DNA of 64,000 nucleotides, taken from Octopus sinensis. Taxonomy: Eukaryota. Each line of letters begins with the position of its first letter. Position 1 is the stretch's first letter. Below, one piece after another: positions 1 to 12,344 of the stretch. A program made the position numbers and the translations under genes. The stretch covers positions 101,618,001 through 101,682,000 of the forward strand of contig NC_043002.1 of the NCBI RefSeq assembly GCF_006345805.1, read 5' to 3'. Below the pieces are notes generated by a model that was not told where the DNA came from, searched no databases, and saw nothing but the letters and a program-made list of their open reading frames with translations.

Positions 1-240
1 GGGCAAAATGTTTTTCGGAATTTCGTCCATCTTAACGTTCTGAGTTCAAATGCTGCCGAGGTCGTCTTTACCTTTCATCCTTTCAGGGTTCCATAAAATG
101 AATACCAGTCGAGCAAGCGCTGGGGGGGTCAATGTAATTGATTTATCCCCTTCCCTGAACTTGCTGGCCTCGAACCACAATTTGAAAACACTATTATTAT
201 CATTATTATTATTATTATTACTATTGTTATTATTATTATT
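1..240 (+). mobile_element. tRNA-derived SINE (family B variant), 5' end cut by the window edge, (ATT)n tail
   Basis: B-box-like GAGTTCAAAT at about 42-51; body GCCGAGGTCGTCTTTACCTTTCATCCTTTCAGGG matches the reverse complement of the copies at 30938, 37926 and 58856; ends in (TAT)n. Confidence 0.75.
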
Positions 241-462
241 CAGTAGTTTTATTTTTTATAGCGTGCTTTCACTTCACTACCGAGCGCAGCTCTGTGTGCC
301 TTGGGTATGTGCTGTGATTTGTTGTGATGCTCTGATGGTTATTGTATGGAAAGTGTTCTGCGTAGGATGTGTGCAGTGCCTAGTAGTACAATTTTCTGTA
401 TGTTATATGTGTAAGTCCTGGTGTTTTTGTCATGTATTTGTCTGAATTTTCCTGGTGTATTT
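241..462 (-). mobile_element. R4/Dong-clade non-LTR retrotransposon, 3' end only
   Basis: Minus strand translates ...NIQKIVLLGTAHILRRTLSIQ* (stop at 341-339), the typical C-terminus after the REL endonuclease of R4/Dong elements; followed by a short 3' UTR; (TAA)n on both sides. Confidence 0.8.
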
Positions 463-464
463 AC

Positions 465-522
<58 letters not shown>

Positions 523-590
523 GTTATTATTGTTATTGTTGTTGTGTTGTTGTTGTTGTTGTTTTTGTTTTTGTTTTTGTTGTTAAATAA
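463..590. repeat. (ATT)n-(GTT)n compound microsatellite
   Basis: Read directly from the sequence. Confidence 0.95.
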
Positions 591-905
591 ATGTTAAAAT
601 TTAATCTGCGAATAAACGTTTATTGGTTGGAAAATGATATTAAAAAAAAAAAAGGTTTAGTGGTTGGAAATGTAAAAATAAAGCCAAAAACAGTCTGTAT
701 GATTTATTGTTGAGGCTTTTGTGGTTGTCTCTATAAAACCAGTCTTGTAGAACTCTATAGAATATTATCAGCCAAACACTATTGACACTTGTCTCGAGAT
801 GCTTACATTCACAGAAAATATGTTGACTATTTCAAATGTAATTACAAGTGAGTCTCATACAAACACACACACACACACACACATACAAACACACGCACGC
901 ACACG

Positions 906-939
<34 letters not shown>

Positions 940-1367
940 ATATAAACATACCCACGCACAAAGACACCCTCATCCATACATAGACACACAGAACAGTATA
1001 TGTGTCTATATACGTATATCTTTGTTTATATCTCTATACGTGCATGTGTATGTATACTTATATAAATACACACACACACACACACACACACTCACAAACA
1101 CATACACAAACGCACACACTCACGCAAAAGCCGCACACGCATATGTATGTATGTATATATATATATGTATGTATGTTTGCATAGCTTGACTTTATTATTC
1201 GATTCTCATATTTAAACTTTCTGCTTTATGCACTCACTTATTCACCAAAACTCAAGCGAAATTCATACAAACACTTCAGGCTGAAAGCAAACAGAAGGCA
1301 ACCCTCGCAAACACAGCGGTACTGACACACATACAACACACACATACGCATATACATAGCATACCAG

Positions 1368-1369
<2 letters not shown>

Positions 1370-1449
<80 letters not shown>

Positions 1450-1460
1450 TACCTCATTTC

Positions 1461-1515
<55 letters not shown>

Positions 1516-1570
1516 TATATATAATATATACGATATATATATATATTATATATATATATTATATATATAT

Positions 1571-1608
<38 letters not shown>

Positions 1609-1610
1609 AC
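1370..1610. repeat. (TA)n microsatellite, representative of dozens of TA/CA/TATG/TATC arrays in the window
   Basis: Read directly from the sequence. Confidence 0.95.
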
Positions 1611-1620
1611 TCTCTATAAA

Positions 1621-1754
1621 CAATAACTCTCTACTTGAGTGGGCCATAGTGCCCAAATTCTGACTTGAAAGACTTCACCAGGTGGTGCTATTAAGTTAGA
1701 CATGGCCTGGGCCAATAATGGCCGAAACCTATCAAAGTATCAAAGTATCAAAGT
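1621..1754 (+). mobile_element. CR1-clade LINE 3' end with (ATCAAAGT)3 tail
   Basis: Encodes NNSLLEW like the ORF2 end at 9590-9615; GGCC-AATAAT-GGCC terminal hairpin; 8-nt tandem tail at 1731-1754. Confidence 0.75.
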
Positions 1755-1963
1755 ATATACACATATGTGCCCGCATATAAATGTATACATGTGTGTGTAT
1801 GTGTTGTCTCATATGAACATTATAAACCTAGTCTTTCTATAAATTATGTTTGGATTGACTAGGACGTCGATTAACGAGTGCTTATTCGCCAGATATTCGA
1901 TGGTAATAAATGAGTGTACAATCACGTGTAAATACATGAATGTATGTATGTATGTACGTGTAC

Positions 1964-1998
<35 letters not shown>

Positions 1999-2024
1999 TG
2001 TATGTATGTATGTATGTATGTATG

Positions 2025-2060
<36 letters not shown>

Positions 2061-2061
2061 G

Positions 2062-2133
<72 letters not shown>

Positions 2134-2257
2134 CGTGTGTGTTTACGTTTGGAATTGCTTTACAAATAACATGAAATTCTAAAAAGCATCTAATTATCAG
2201 GTTGTAAAACCATTTTGAATAGAATGAGTAAATGTGTAATATATACATATATATTTT

Positions 2258-2298
<41 letters not shown>

Positions 2299-3055
2299 TT
2301 GGATATATGGGTACAACGGTGCAAATAAGATTAAAAGAAAAAAAAAGAAACGAGTTGAATACGTAAACAACGAGAAAAAATAAACAGTACAAGGAAACAC
2401 AGAGAAAGGACCCCCTCATCACTTGTCGGCTGCCTATGTACTCCTCATTCCGAGCATTCAACGATAATATGTGTCATCAATGACAGTTGCATCCATAAAT
2501 TCTAAAATAAAATTTGGGATTTATGGTGGGTCAAATTTGGGAATATGACAGTAGAGACATACAGGGAAACCGAAAGAGCGAGAGAGAGAGAGAGGAAGAG
2601 AGAGAGACAGACAGACAGACAGAGAGAGAAACAGAGAGAAAGAGAGAAAAAGAAAGAGAGAGGTAGATACATAGAGAGATATAGAATATAAGTGGATTTG
2701 GTAGAACAAGCGAGATAAATAGAACTCATTAAACGGATATGAAGGTGTCTGTTAAATAAACCAAACGGCCATTAACATGCGGTCACTGCTTTTAGTGCCA
2801 TTTGTACCCTGTAGTACTGACCTACCTCCTGGTTGCATGTAGACAGCCTCTACTACTAAACATAATTTTCTCTGAAAATTGTCCTTCATTGGAATGTAGT
2901 ATTACTGGGGAGCAATTGGGAAGGGTATATTACATCAAATCTACACTAATAATTATTTTAAATATGACGCTTACCATATTTTATCGCTTATCTTCTCGTG
3001 TTTTGTCAGTGATAAAAACAAAGCTGCATAAGCATACATACAACAAATCACACAC

Positions 3056-3172
<117 letters not shown>

Positions 3173-3245
3173 CTCTCTATATATATATGTATGTATATAT
3201 ATATATATGTATATATATAATATATATATATACATATATATATCT

Positions 3246-3415
3246 ATAGGGAGAGTTTATGATAAAACAAAAGACGAAGACAGGTGGTGTACAAAACAAA
3301 CAGATGTATTGTATAACGCTCAGGAATAGAAAAAGTCTTTTACGTTTCGAGCCTACGCTCTTCTACAGAAAGGGACACAGAAAAAACAAGGAGAGAAAAA
3401 AATGTGTGTAGTGGC
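3246..3415 (-). mobile_element. Penelope-like terminal repeat (pLTR) fragment, family A, with minimal hammerhead motif at 3337-3372
   Basis: Reverse complement of 3724-3884; minus strand reads CTTT-CTGTAGA-A-GAGC GTAG GCTC-GAA-ACGT-A-AAAG. Confidence 0.7.
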
Positions 3416-3723
3416 TAACGATCTATATATGTACGTGTTTATATGAGAGAGAGAGAAGGAAAAACAAGAGAGAGAAAGAGAAAGAAAAGAGAGATAGAGA
3501 GAAATTCGTCCTAGCAGCGGTTATCGAGAGGACGAGTTGCATTTTTAGAAATTTAATAAAACTGTAACTGGTCCCCTGACAGTCGATATACATTAAGTAT
3601 GTTACACTGAGAGCTATTTTAAATAAATACTGCTTCAATTGCGCAAACAGTGTACATACATACATACATACATACATACATACATACATACATACATACA
3701 CACATACATATATATATATATAT

Positions 3724-3884
3724 GTTTCTCTCCTTGTTATTTTTCTCTGTGTCCCTTTCTGTAGAAGAGCGTAGGCTCGAAACGTAAAAGACTTTTTTCT
3801 ATTACTGAGCGTTATACTAATTCATCTGTGTTTTTTGTACACCACCTGTCTTCGTTTTTGTTTTTTTTCGTAAACTCTCTCATA
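3724..3884 (+). mobile_element. Penelope-like pLTR fragment, family A, with minimal hammerhead motif at 3755-3790
   Basis: Stem I CUUU/AAAG, core CUGUAGA (A6U variant), stem II GAGC/GCUC, GAA, palindromic stem III ACGU, GUA site. Confidence 0.7.
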
Positions 3885-3920
3885 TATATATATATATACA
3901 TACACACATATATATATAAA

Positions 3921-4148
3921 TATATCAAATAAAATCAAAAACGGAACACAAAGGATGTCGCGGTACACGTGTTTCAAGCATGCATTGTTATTCCAACCTC
4001 TTTAGAATAAAAATGCATGCGGCTGAAGAGAGCTTTAAACCATCCTTTATATATATTATACACTGGTGAAAGAATAGGTCGGTTATAAAGCTTGAAACAC
4101 GTGTACCGCGACATCCTTTGTGTTCTGTTTTTGATTTTATTTGATATA
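3921..4148. repeat. 59-bp inverted repeat enclosing the hammerhead
   Basis: 3921-3979 is the reverse complement of 4090-4148 with one difference (a G-U pair in plus-strand RNA). Confidence 0.95.
4019..4110 (+). ncRNA. Type I hammerhead ribozyme, complete core
   Basis: Stem I GCGG(4019-22)/CCGC(4106-09); CUGAAGA 4023-29; stem II GAGCUUUA-AACC/GGUU-A-UAAAGCUU; GAA 4094-96; palindromic stem III ACACGUGU 4097-4104; predicted cleavage after GUA (A4105). Confidence 0.85.
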
Positions 4149-4224
4149 TACCCTCTCACCTCTGCCACTAGCTGGCGTATAAAGGTGCTTACACTTATAA
4201 AGTATTCACCCTAAACTTACATAT

Positions 4225-4420
4225 ATATAGTTAATTCAAACAAGAAAACACAAAAGAACACAACAACGTGAGTACGTGGAAAAAATATAGTATTATTGGA
4301 CGCTCAGGAAAGAAGGGAAGAAGGAGGGTCTAACGTTTCGAGCGGAGCTCTTCGTCCGAAACATAGGAGAGGGAAAGATCCAGAGAAGGGAAGACAGAGG
4401 AAAAAAAATCACCAACGGTA
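4225..4420 (-). mobile_element. Penelope-like pLTR fragment, family B, with hammerhead motif at 4328-4362
   Basis: Minus strand GTTT-CGGACGA-A-GAGC TCC GCTC-GAA-ACGT-T-AGAC; homologous to 16505-16680. Confidence 0.65.
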
Positions 4421-4436
4421 CACACGAGGTCATATA

Positions 4437-4517
<81 letters not shown>

Positions 4518-4949
4518 CACACATATATATATATACATATATATATGTATATACACATTTATATTAATATACACATATGATATACACATTTATATTAATT
4601 TTTTGCATATATATGCGCGTGTGTTTACGTACTGAAATATATCGAATTCACAGATAAACATTGGACGTCATGGAATTTGAACGAGGAACCATGTGGTTAG
4701 GAGGAGAAGAACATAGCCACAGCTTTGCTACTGCGCGAGAGTTATTTAAAAAAGATTATTTATACAAATAAATCACACAAATCCCATCTCGTACGTACGT
4801 ATACAACTTGAAGAAAATAGCTCTAATAGGAACCAAAGAAGTATTATGTGCAGTAATTTCACTGCAATGGGAAAAAAGAATTAATAGTCTGCACGCACCC
4901 GAAGCACAAAAAACTGCACTCAGTTGTGCAGTAAAAGCATACTTCATAT

Positions 4950-5022
<73 letters not shown>

Positions 5023-5235
5023 CATATATATATACACATATATATATATATACATATATGTATGTATGTATGCATAGATATGTATCTATATATTATATAT
5101 ATGTACATATGTATATACATATATATAAGTATGTATCATCTATTATATATATATATATATATATAAATATATAGATATATATATATAAATATATAGATAT
5201 ATATATATATTCCTATATGTATATATATATATCTA

Positions 5236-5267
<32 letters not shown>

Positions 5268-5277
5268 GATCTATCTA

Positions 5278-5320
<43 letters not shown>

Positions 5321-5406
5321 TTATTATATATTATATATTGAGAGAGAGAGATAAATATATATATACATATATAAATATATCTATATATCTATATACTTAT
5401 ATATAT

Positions 5407-5455
<49 letters not shown>

Positions 5456-6037
5456 TAATGATACAGCAAGAAGAAAATGATTTTAGTACATTGTGAAAAT
5501 CATGGCGGATAAAAATTATATCAAATCTTGTGGTTAGTATAATTTTGGTAAAATTAATTTTTTTTTTTCAAAGTTTTTCATTTTCAGTCAAGATAGAAAA
5601 AATCCTCCTCCAATATATTGAAAGAATACAAGAGATTTAATGCAAAATTTCTATTCACCGAGCTCTCGTTTCTATTTACATCTTCCAGATAAATATAGAT
5701 AATAGTTTTGGAGATATATACCTAGAACACTTTGGAATCGATTCTTTTATATGCTGGAGCTATCATTGATTTTTTTTACTTCTTTTATTTCTTCTTCCGT
5801 CTCATCTATTCTTCAACTGTTTTCTAGAACAGAATATTAAGTTATTCACTTCACGCTTTTCTGGTATTTTCTAGACAATGCCAAAAGAGAAAAAAAAAAA
5901 AAAACGTAAAAAACAGATAGAAAAAAGAAATAAGGAGAGATAGAGCAATGCAATAAAGTACAAATAATAAATAAAACGAAACAGAACAGAAAATCGACAA
6001 CAAAACGACGAAAAGATGGAACAAAAAACAAACTGCT

Positions 6038-6081
<44 letters not shown>

Positions 6082-6517
6082 GTAAATACATACATACATA
6101 CATGCATATATACATACATACGTACACACACATATACATACATGCATGCATACATACATATTTACATATGTATGTTTGTATGTTTGTGTATATGTACATA
6201 CACAGATATATATTATCAGTGTTTGTGTGGGTTTAGGTGGATACACACACTCATACACGCTTTGTATGTCTGTATATAGATTCGTTCATACAAATATGTG
6301 TATATACAAACTTGTGTCCCTATATGTTCAAATTCACGTATATATACATACATATATATACATATATGTGTGTGTGTGTGTGTGTGTATGTGTGTATGTG
6401 TATGTGTGTGTATGTGCGTGTGTGTATGTGTGTGTCTGTGTGTGCATGTACATACATACATACGCACACATTTATACACAGAGAAACGCACACGCACATT
6501 CACCCCCGCACATACAC

Positions 6518-6557
<40 letters not shown>

Positions 6558-7107
6558 GTATATATATATATATACATATACATATACATATATATATAAT
6601 ATATATCTCACTATATATATATATATATATATATACAATTACGCATGTATATTCATATATGTTGAATAAACTAACAATTGGTGGCATCTCTTTTCGGTAA
6701 AATAAATAATATGAGGAGTAGAAATTCTCCATGCATCGATAAAGGAGTCAGAGAAGCAGAGAAGCGTGGTATTTGGCCATCTCTAAGTCAAAATTAGAGA
6801 TCTTTCAAACTGTCTTTATATATCATTTCTGTTTGTCTATCAGTTACTCATTTGATAAATTTGCTTTTGTGTTTGTGTATTTGGGTGGTTTTCTAGTCTG
6901 AATACACAAATTAATCCCCCTACCAACCACCCATAACTCTCTCTCTCTGTCTCTCTCTCCCCTTCGCTTTCTCGCTTTCTCTCTCTGTCTCTCTGTCTCT
7001 CTCTTTTCTCCCTTTTGCTCACCATGTATCTAAGTATCTATCTATGTATGTATGCATCAGTCTACCCCTCTCTCTATCTATCAATCTATGTATCCATCTA
7101 TCTATCC

Positions 7108-7149
<42 letters not shown>

Positions 7150-7385
7150 TTATCTATCTATCTATAAATACATACATACACACACATATACATATGTCTG
7201 TGTAAGCGTATATAGATATACGTATGCATATACATGTCTGTGTAAGCATATATATATATATATACATATGTATATATATACATGTCTGTGTAAACATATA
7301 TATACACATGTCTGTGTGAGCAAATATATATACATATCTGTTAAACATATGTATATATATATATGTTACACAGGACATGTATATA

Positions 7386-7419
<34 letters not shown>

Positions 7420-7536
7420 CATATACACATATATTTACATGTACGTATGTAGGTACATTGTATGAATGTATATTTGTATGTACACTTGTATATCTATGTG
7501 TGTATGTGCGTGTGATGTGTATATGTACAAGCACGC

Positions 7537-7569
<33 letters not shown>

Positions 7570-8184
7570 TGTATGTATGTATGTATGTATGTATGTATGT
7601 ATGCATGTATGTATGTATTCTCCGTAACAAAAACAAAACACGTCTAAGACTTTGTTAGTCACGAACAAGCGGATTACTTTTTATGCACTTAGCACAACCC
7701 GAAGATTCGTTTACGCTCTGAGTTTGGTTATGAGAAATATATCAAATCTGAAAAGAACCGAAAAGAGAAAAAAACAACAGCACACATATAAAAAACGAAC
7801 ATACACGCACATACGCACGTAAGAAAAACCAACTACAACAAAACTACTATATTAAATATACAGAATTCAGATTATTGTAGTAATGGAGCAGATACAGGAC
7901 GGAGAAGATGAGTCCAACAAGAAGCCGAACGAAATGTGCAAAACTCTTGCCATGTAGACTCATTCACGATTTCAATTTCCAATTGAACGGTTCTCTGAAT
8001 TCACTTAACTGTCAGAGAATGTCCTGAGGGAAGAGAAACCCATAAACCTGAAACATCTCATTATTATATTCTTGGTCAAAGCACTTGGCGTTATTTTAAA
8101 ACGTCCTAAGATAATTCTCTGACATTAAATCACATCGCATTATCTTGCTCAGCATTATTTTTGGACCGAAAATATCAGAAATGA

Positions 8185-8370
8185 TAATTTTCCTAATTTT
8201 GGCACAAGGCCAGCCATTTTGAGTTGTGAGAAAAGTTGATTACGTCGCCCGCAACGCTCACATAGTACTAATTTTATCGAACCCAAAATGCTGACAGGCA
8301 AAGTCATTCACAGCGGAATTTGAACTCAGAACTTATAGAACCGGGAAAAAAATCTTTAAGCAGCATCACA
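8185..8370 (-). mobile_element. Degenerate tRNA-derived SINE (family B variant)
   Basis: GGCAAAGTC..CAGCGGAATTTGAACTCAGAAC motif shared with family B copies. Confidence 0.65.
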
Positions 8371-8579
8371 CACTCACCCATATATACACTCGTGTCTACA
8401 TACGCACGCGCTTGCCCATACTTACATAGACACAAGTAAACATTATCCTCACATTCTCCCACATTCCTGCGCACTCGGCCTTTATCCAGGTCACGTTTGT
8501 CTCCCTTGCAACCCGCGTCTCCAACAACTGACTTCCTTCCGGTCAATTCAATATGCGCAACCATTAATCCGGACACGTT

Positions 8580-8740
8580 TAGTCTTTTCCATTTTTACTC
8601 TCTCCATCTGTTTCCTCTCCTCATTCTGTTTTGTAGAAGAGCGTCGGCTCGAAACGTGAAAGACTTTTCCCATTTTTCCGGGAAGTTAAACACCGTGTTT
8701 GCTGTTCCCTCAACTGGTTCTGTCTTTAATATTTGGCTTT
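8580..8740 (+). mobile_element. Penelope-like pLTR family A copy with decayed hammerhead (8627-8662)
   Basis: TTGTAGAAGAGCGTCGGCTCGAAACGTGAAAGAC; the cleavage-site nucleotide is G, so predicted inactive. Confidence 0.6.
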
Positions 8741-8764
8741 TATTTGTTTTGTAAAACTTTGCAC

Positions 8765-9070
8765 CGTATGTGTTCAAACATACTGTACGGGACTCCGATG
8801 CTTACGACGGCAAGGGAAAAGCCTGCTCGTGAAATTGATGCGGAATTAGCTGAACACCCTAGAGCCAGGCGTACGCTTTATGTGTTTGTGAGGGAGATTC
8901 AGCGCGACAAAAATGTAAAAAGACTGGACTTTTTAAACACATGTACGGCTCATTTTTGCCAGATGATTGGACTGGAGCAACACGAAATAGAATGTTTTTG
9001 TCAAGGAACAAAACACACCGCAGGAAATCGAACTCATGACGATTGTGTACCGAATACACTTAACGTGTAT
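8765..9070 (-). mobile_element. CORE-type tRNA SINE, degenerate
   Basis: CATTTTTGCCAGATGATTGGACTGGAGCAAC...TCAAGGAACAAAAC is the reverse of a CORE-like domain; homologous to 9185-9441 and 16705-17031. Confidence 0.7.
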
Positions 9071-9184
9071 TGCTGAAATCCTAAGAATTATATTTTATAC
9101 TTTCGAGTGAACGTTAAATAAATTTTATATTTTCTTTTATCTTCGGAAAAGTAGATTTCCAGAATCATGTCATGAAGCTATTTT

Positions 9185-9441
9185 AATGGAGCACTCCGTC
9201 GGTTGCGACGACGACGAGGATCCCAGCTGATACGATCAACGGACAGGTTGATCGTGAAATTAATGAGAAAGTGGCCGAGTATTTCACAAACACGTGTACT
9301 GTTAACGTAGTTCTCAGGGAGATTCAACGTGACACAGCGTGTGACAAGGCTGACCCCTTAGAATTACAGGTACTACTCATTTTTGCCAACTGAGTGGACT
9401 GCAGCAATGTGAGAGTAAAGTGTCTTGTTCAAGGACACAAC
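9185..9441 (-). mobile_element. CORE-type SINE lacking its tRNA head
   Basis: Same body as 16705-17031; stops at AAGGACACAACG where CR1 sequence begins. Confidence 0.75.
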
Positions 9442-9710
9442 GTGTCACTGCAAATGGTTCTACTCTTTTCAATGCTATCCCGAAAGAAATTAAAGTGGAA
9501 AAAGACCCCAGAACTTTCAAACAATACCTGGACAAATTCGTACAGGAAATACTGTATAAACCACCTACATTTGGATACATCTCAACCAACAATAACTCTC
9601 TGCTTGAGTGGTCCATGATGTCCCGAAATAATTAACTAAAAGACTTATCCATGACTTAGTTATGGCCTGGGCAGATAATGGCCGAAACAAATCTAAGTTA
9701 TCTAAGTTAT
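9442..9710 (+). mobile_element. CR1-clade LINE 3' end (ORF2 C-terminus, UTR, (ATCTAAGTT)2 tail)
   Basis: GSTLFNAIPKEIK...FKQYLDKFVQEILYKPPTFGYISTNNNSLLEW is the CR1-type ORF2 terminus; GGCC...GGCCGAAAC hairpin; tandem tail. Confidence 0.8.
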
Positions 9711-10469
9711 ATATAAACATCACTATATGTATGTATGCATGTATGTATGTGTGTATATATGTATGTATATATGTTTGTATGTATGTATGTATGCATGCAT
9801 GCATGTATGTATGTATGTATGTATGTATGTATGTATGTATGCATGCATGCATGTATGTATGTATGTATGTATGCATGTATGTATGTATGTATATATGTAT
9901 GTATGTATGTATGTGTGTGTGTGAAATCGCTGCGTGGCCGAGTGGAGAAGAATTCTGCATTTGCACAACGGCGTCTCTGATTGGATCCCTCTACATTGCC
10001 TTTTAACATTTTTCTAAACCGTCAGGGTTGACGAAGGCGTTGCGGGTCGACGGAAGCCGTATACAAGCCCACTGAATGGGTTGTAATCGTAAACCAATCA
10101 GTACAGTCTTGCCACAAACTTTATCACGCTGATACTTTCTCGCTGATTCTGAGTTACATGAAGAATGTTGGGTTATATGGAATGAAAATCTAGGACATTT
10201 CATTCACCAACTTCTCATCCTCATTGCCAATTCTATGTACCTGCATGCATATATGTGTATACATGGGTGAATGTGTGTGTCTGATTGTGTGTGTGTGTGT
10301 GTCTGTCTGTGCATATATATCTTGTGATAGGACATAAAAAAAAAAACAACCAAAAACGCCTACACGGCCAAAATCAGACAAGAATAATAAATAAGATCTA
10401 CAGAACATTTTGCGTTCAATGAATCAATAACTAACAGCATATTTGCTTTACATGTTCTTTACCAACATT

Positions 10470-10831
10470 TTGGTTATAAGAAGTCTGCTTCCAAACCGCC
10501 TAGTTCGAGGCTTGATTCCACTGTTTGGCATCTTGGGCAAATTTCTTCTAATATAACCTCGGCCTGACCAAAGCCTTGTGAGTGGATTTGGTACACGGAA
10601 ACTGAAATATTAAAATTACTAAGTCTCTCTAAAGGAGATTACGGCAGCGTTACTGGATATTAATTGTTATCGCCATACTAATATGGCAGTCTAAATATAA
10701 GACTAAAGCTGTCGCTGATTAGCTCGAAGAGGCCACCGCAGGTTCGTGAGTCATATAGCTACCGTCTTGGAGCTAATCAGCGACAGCTTTAGTCTTATAT
10801 TTAGACTGCCATATTAGTATGGCGATAACTA

Positions 10832-10870
<39 letters not shown>

Positions 10871-11125
10871 TATATATATCTGTGTGTGTGTGGGTGTGTA
10901 TTTGTGTGTCTACCTTTGTCCCTCCCGCATCGCTTGAAAACTGATGTGGGTGTGTTTAATGTGTCCGTAAGTCAGTGATTCGGCAAAAGCGACCGATCGA
11001 ATAAGTGCTAGACTTGCAAAGAATATGTTCTGCAATAGATTTCTTTCACAAAAAAAAAATCCGTAAGTCGGTGCTCCAGCATGGCTGCAGTCTAATAGCT
11101 GAAACAATAAAATAATAAAAGAATA
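10470..11125 (+). mobile_element. SINE family A (internal microsatellite), interrupted by a foldback insertion at 10608-10838
   Basis: Head ...GGCCTGACCAAAGCCTTGTGAGTGGATTTGGTACACGGAAACTGAAA and 3' half ...GGTGCTCCAGCATGGCTGCAGTC...GAAACAA both present. Confidence 0.8.
10657..10838. repeat. 69-bp near-perfect inverted repeat (foldback) with 44-nt spacer
   Basis: 10657-10725 versus 10770-10838, one mismatch. Confidence 0.95.
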
Positions 11126-11990
11126 TCACAAAATTCTGCATCACTTATAATAAACAAAAATACAGCAATGGAGTCTCACCATTGGTGCAAACAGCTTTGA
11201 ATGTCGCATTATATCCCTTCGATAACATATACTTTATCTGGTTTAGCATCGTAATGCATCCATGGATTAAGTTTACATGTCTGAAACATGTAATATAAGA
11301 GTTTTAATGTATCACAGAGAGCTCTTCCGAAAGGACACCAGACCGCAAGACTGGAATACTTCCCCAGAGAAGTGGTACAAATCTGCAGCAATACTTGGCC
11401 AGAAGAAAAACCAAGCGTATATTATGCCCAGGTACGTTGCCAGAAAGCCTCGAATTTCCAGAAACCTCCATGTAATCTCTCGTAAGAAAATCTGACCAAT
11501 CAAAGGATATTTCCCCTACTCTGAGTGGATCACGTGATACTCCTTCAACACTATTTTGTTTCGAAGTAGACAGAAACGGATTTAAATACTTAAACCAGAT
11601 TTACATATAATTTTTATTAAATTATAAATGATTTAAAGTTGCCAGATACGGAATGATTATAGGAATTTCTTAATAAAACTAAAAATTATTTAAATTATAA
11701 AGTGTCAATGGGTTTCATAAATAGTTGAGTGTTGAGTTTTGTATCATTTGTTGCGAGGAGTTGAGACAACATCCGCTTTCGATCGACTCAATTAAACTTC
11801 CATTTGAAAATAATTGAAGTTGACAACGCTATCAATTTCTCTGCAATTTGTTTGAATGAGGCAGTAAATTCTACTCCATTATTTCTCTGTGCATTGATCG
11901 TCTTACAACAGACATCGATAATAAAGAGTAATTCGATCTGCTTTTATTGATTTTTTCCCATCAATATAATCATGTCTTACAACAAGCATA

Positions 11991-12023
<33 letters not shown>

Positions 12024-12344
12024 GTAGTAGTAGTAGTAGTAGTAGTAGTAGGTTGGTGGTAGTGGGGTTGTGTTTTTGTTCTTTAGTTGAGTGAGAAATT
12101 GATGTTTGATAGATTGGGTTACTAATTGTGGAAATTTTGAAAAATTCAAAGCGTTTAAAAACCAAAGCATGAACGAAGATTGGAATTAATCTCTGTTTAT
12201 ATATGTATGTGCGTAAGCTTCTGCGTTTGTGTGTGAGTATATGAGTGTAAACATGTAAATGTATGCAGCTATGAATGTTGAGACGTTTGTGTATGAATAT
12301 ATGTATATGACTGTTTGGACACACACACACACACACGCATAAAT

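Noticed and set aside
11277-11495. Weak resemblance to a Gypsy integrase C-terminus
   Set aside because: Only scattered residues match, and there are no LTRs or other pol motifs; needs an HMM search.
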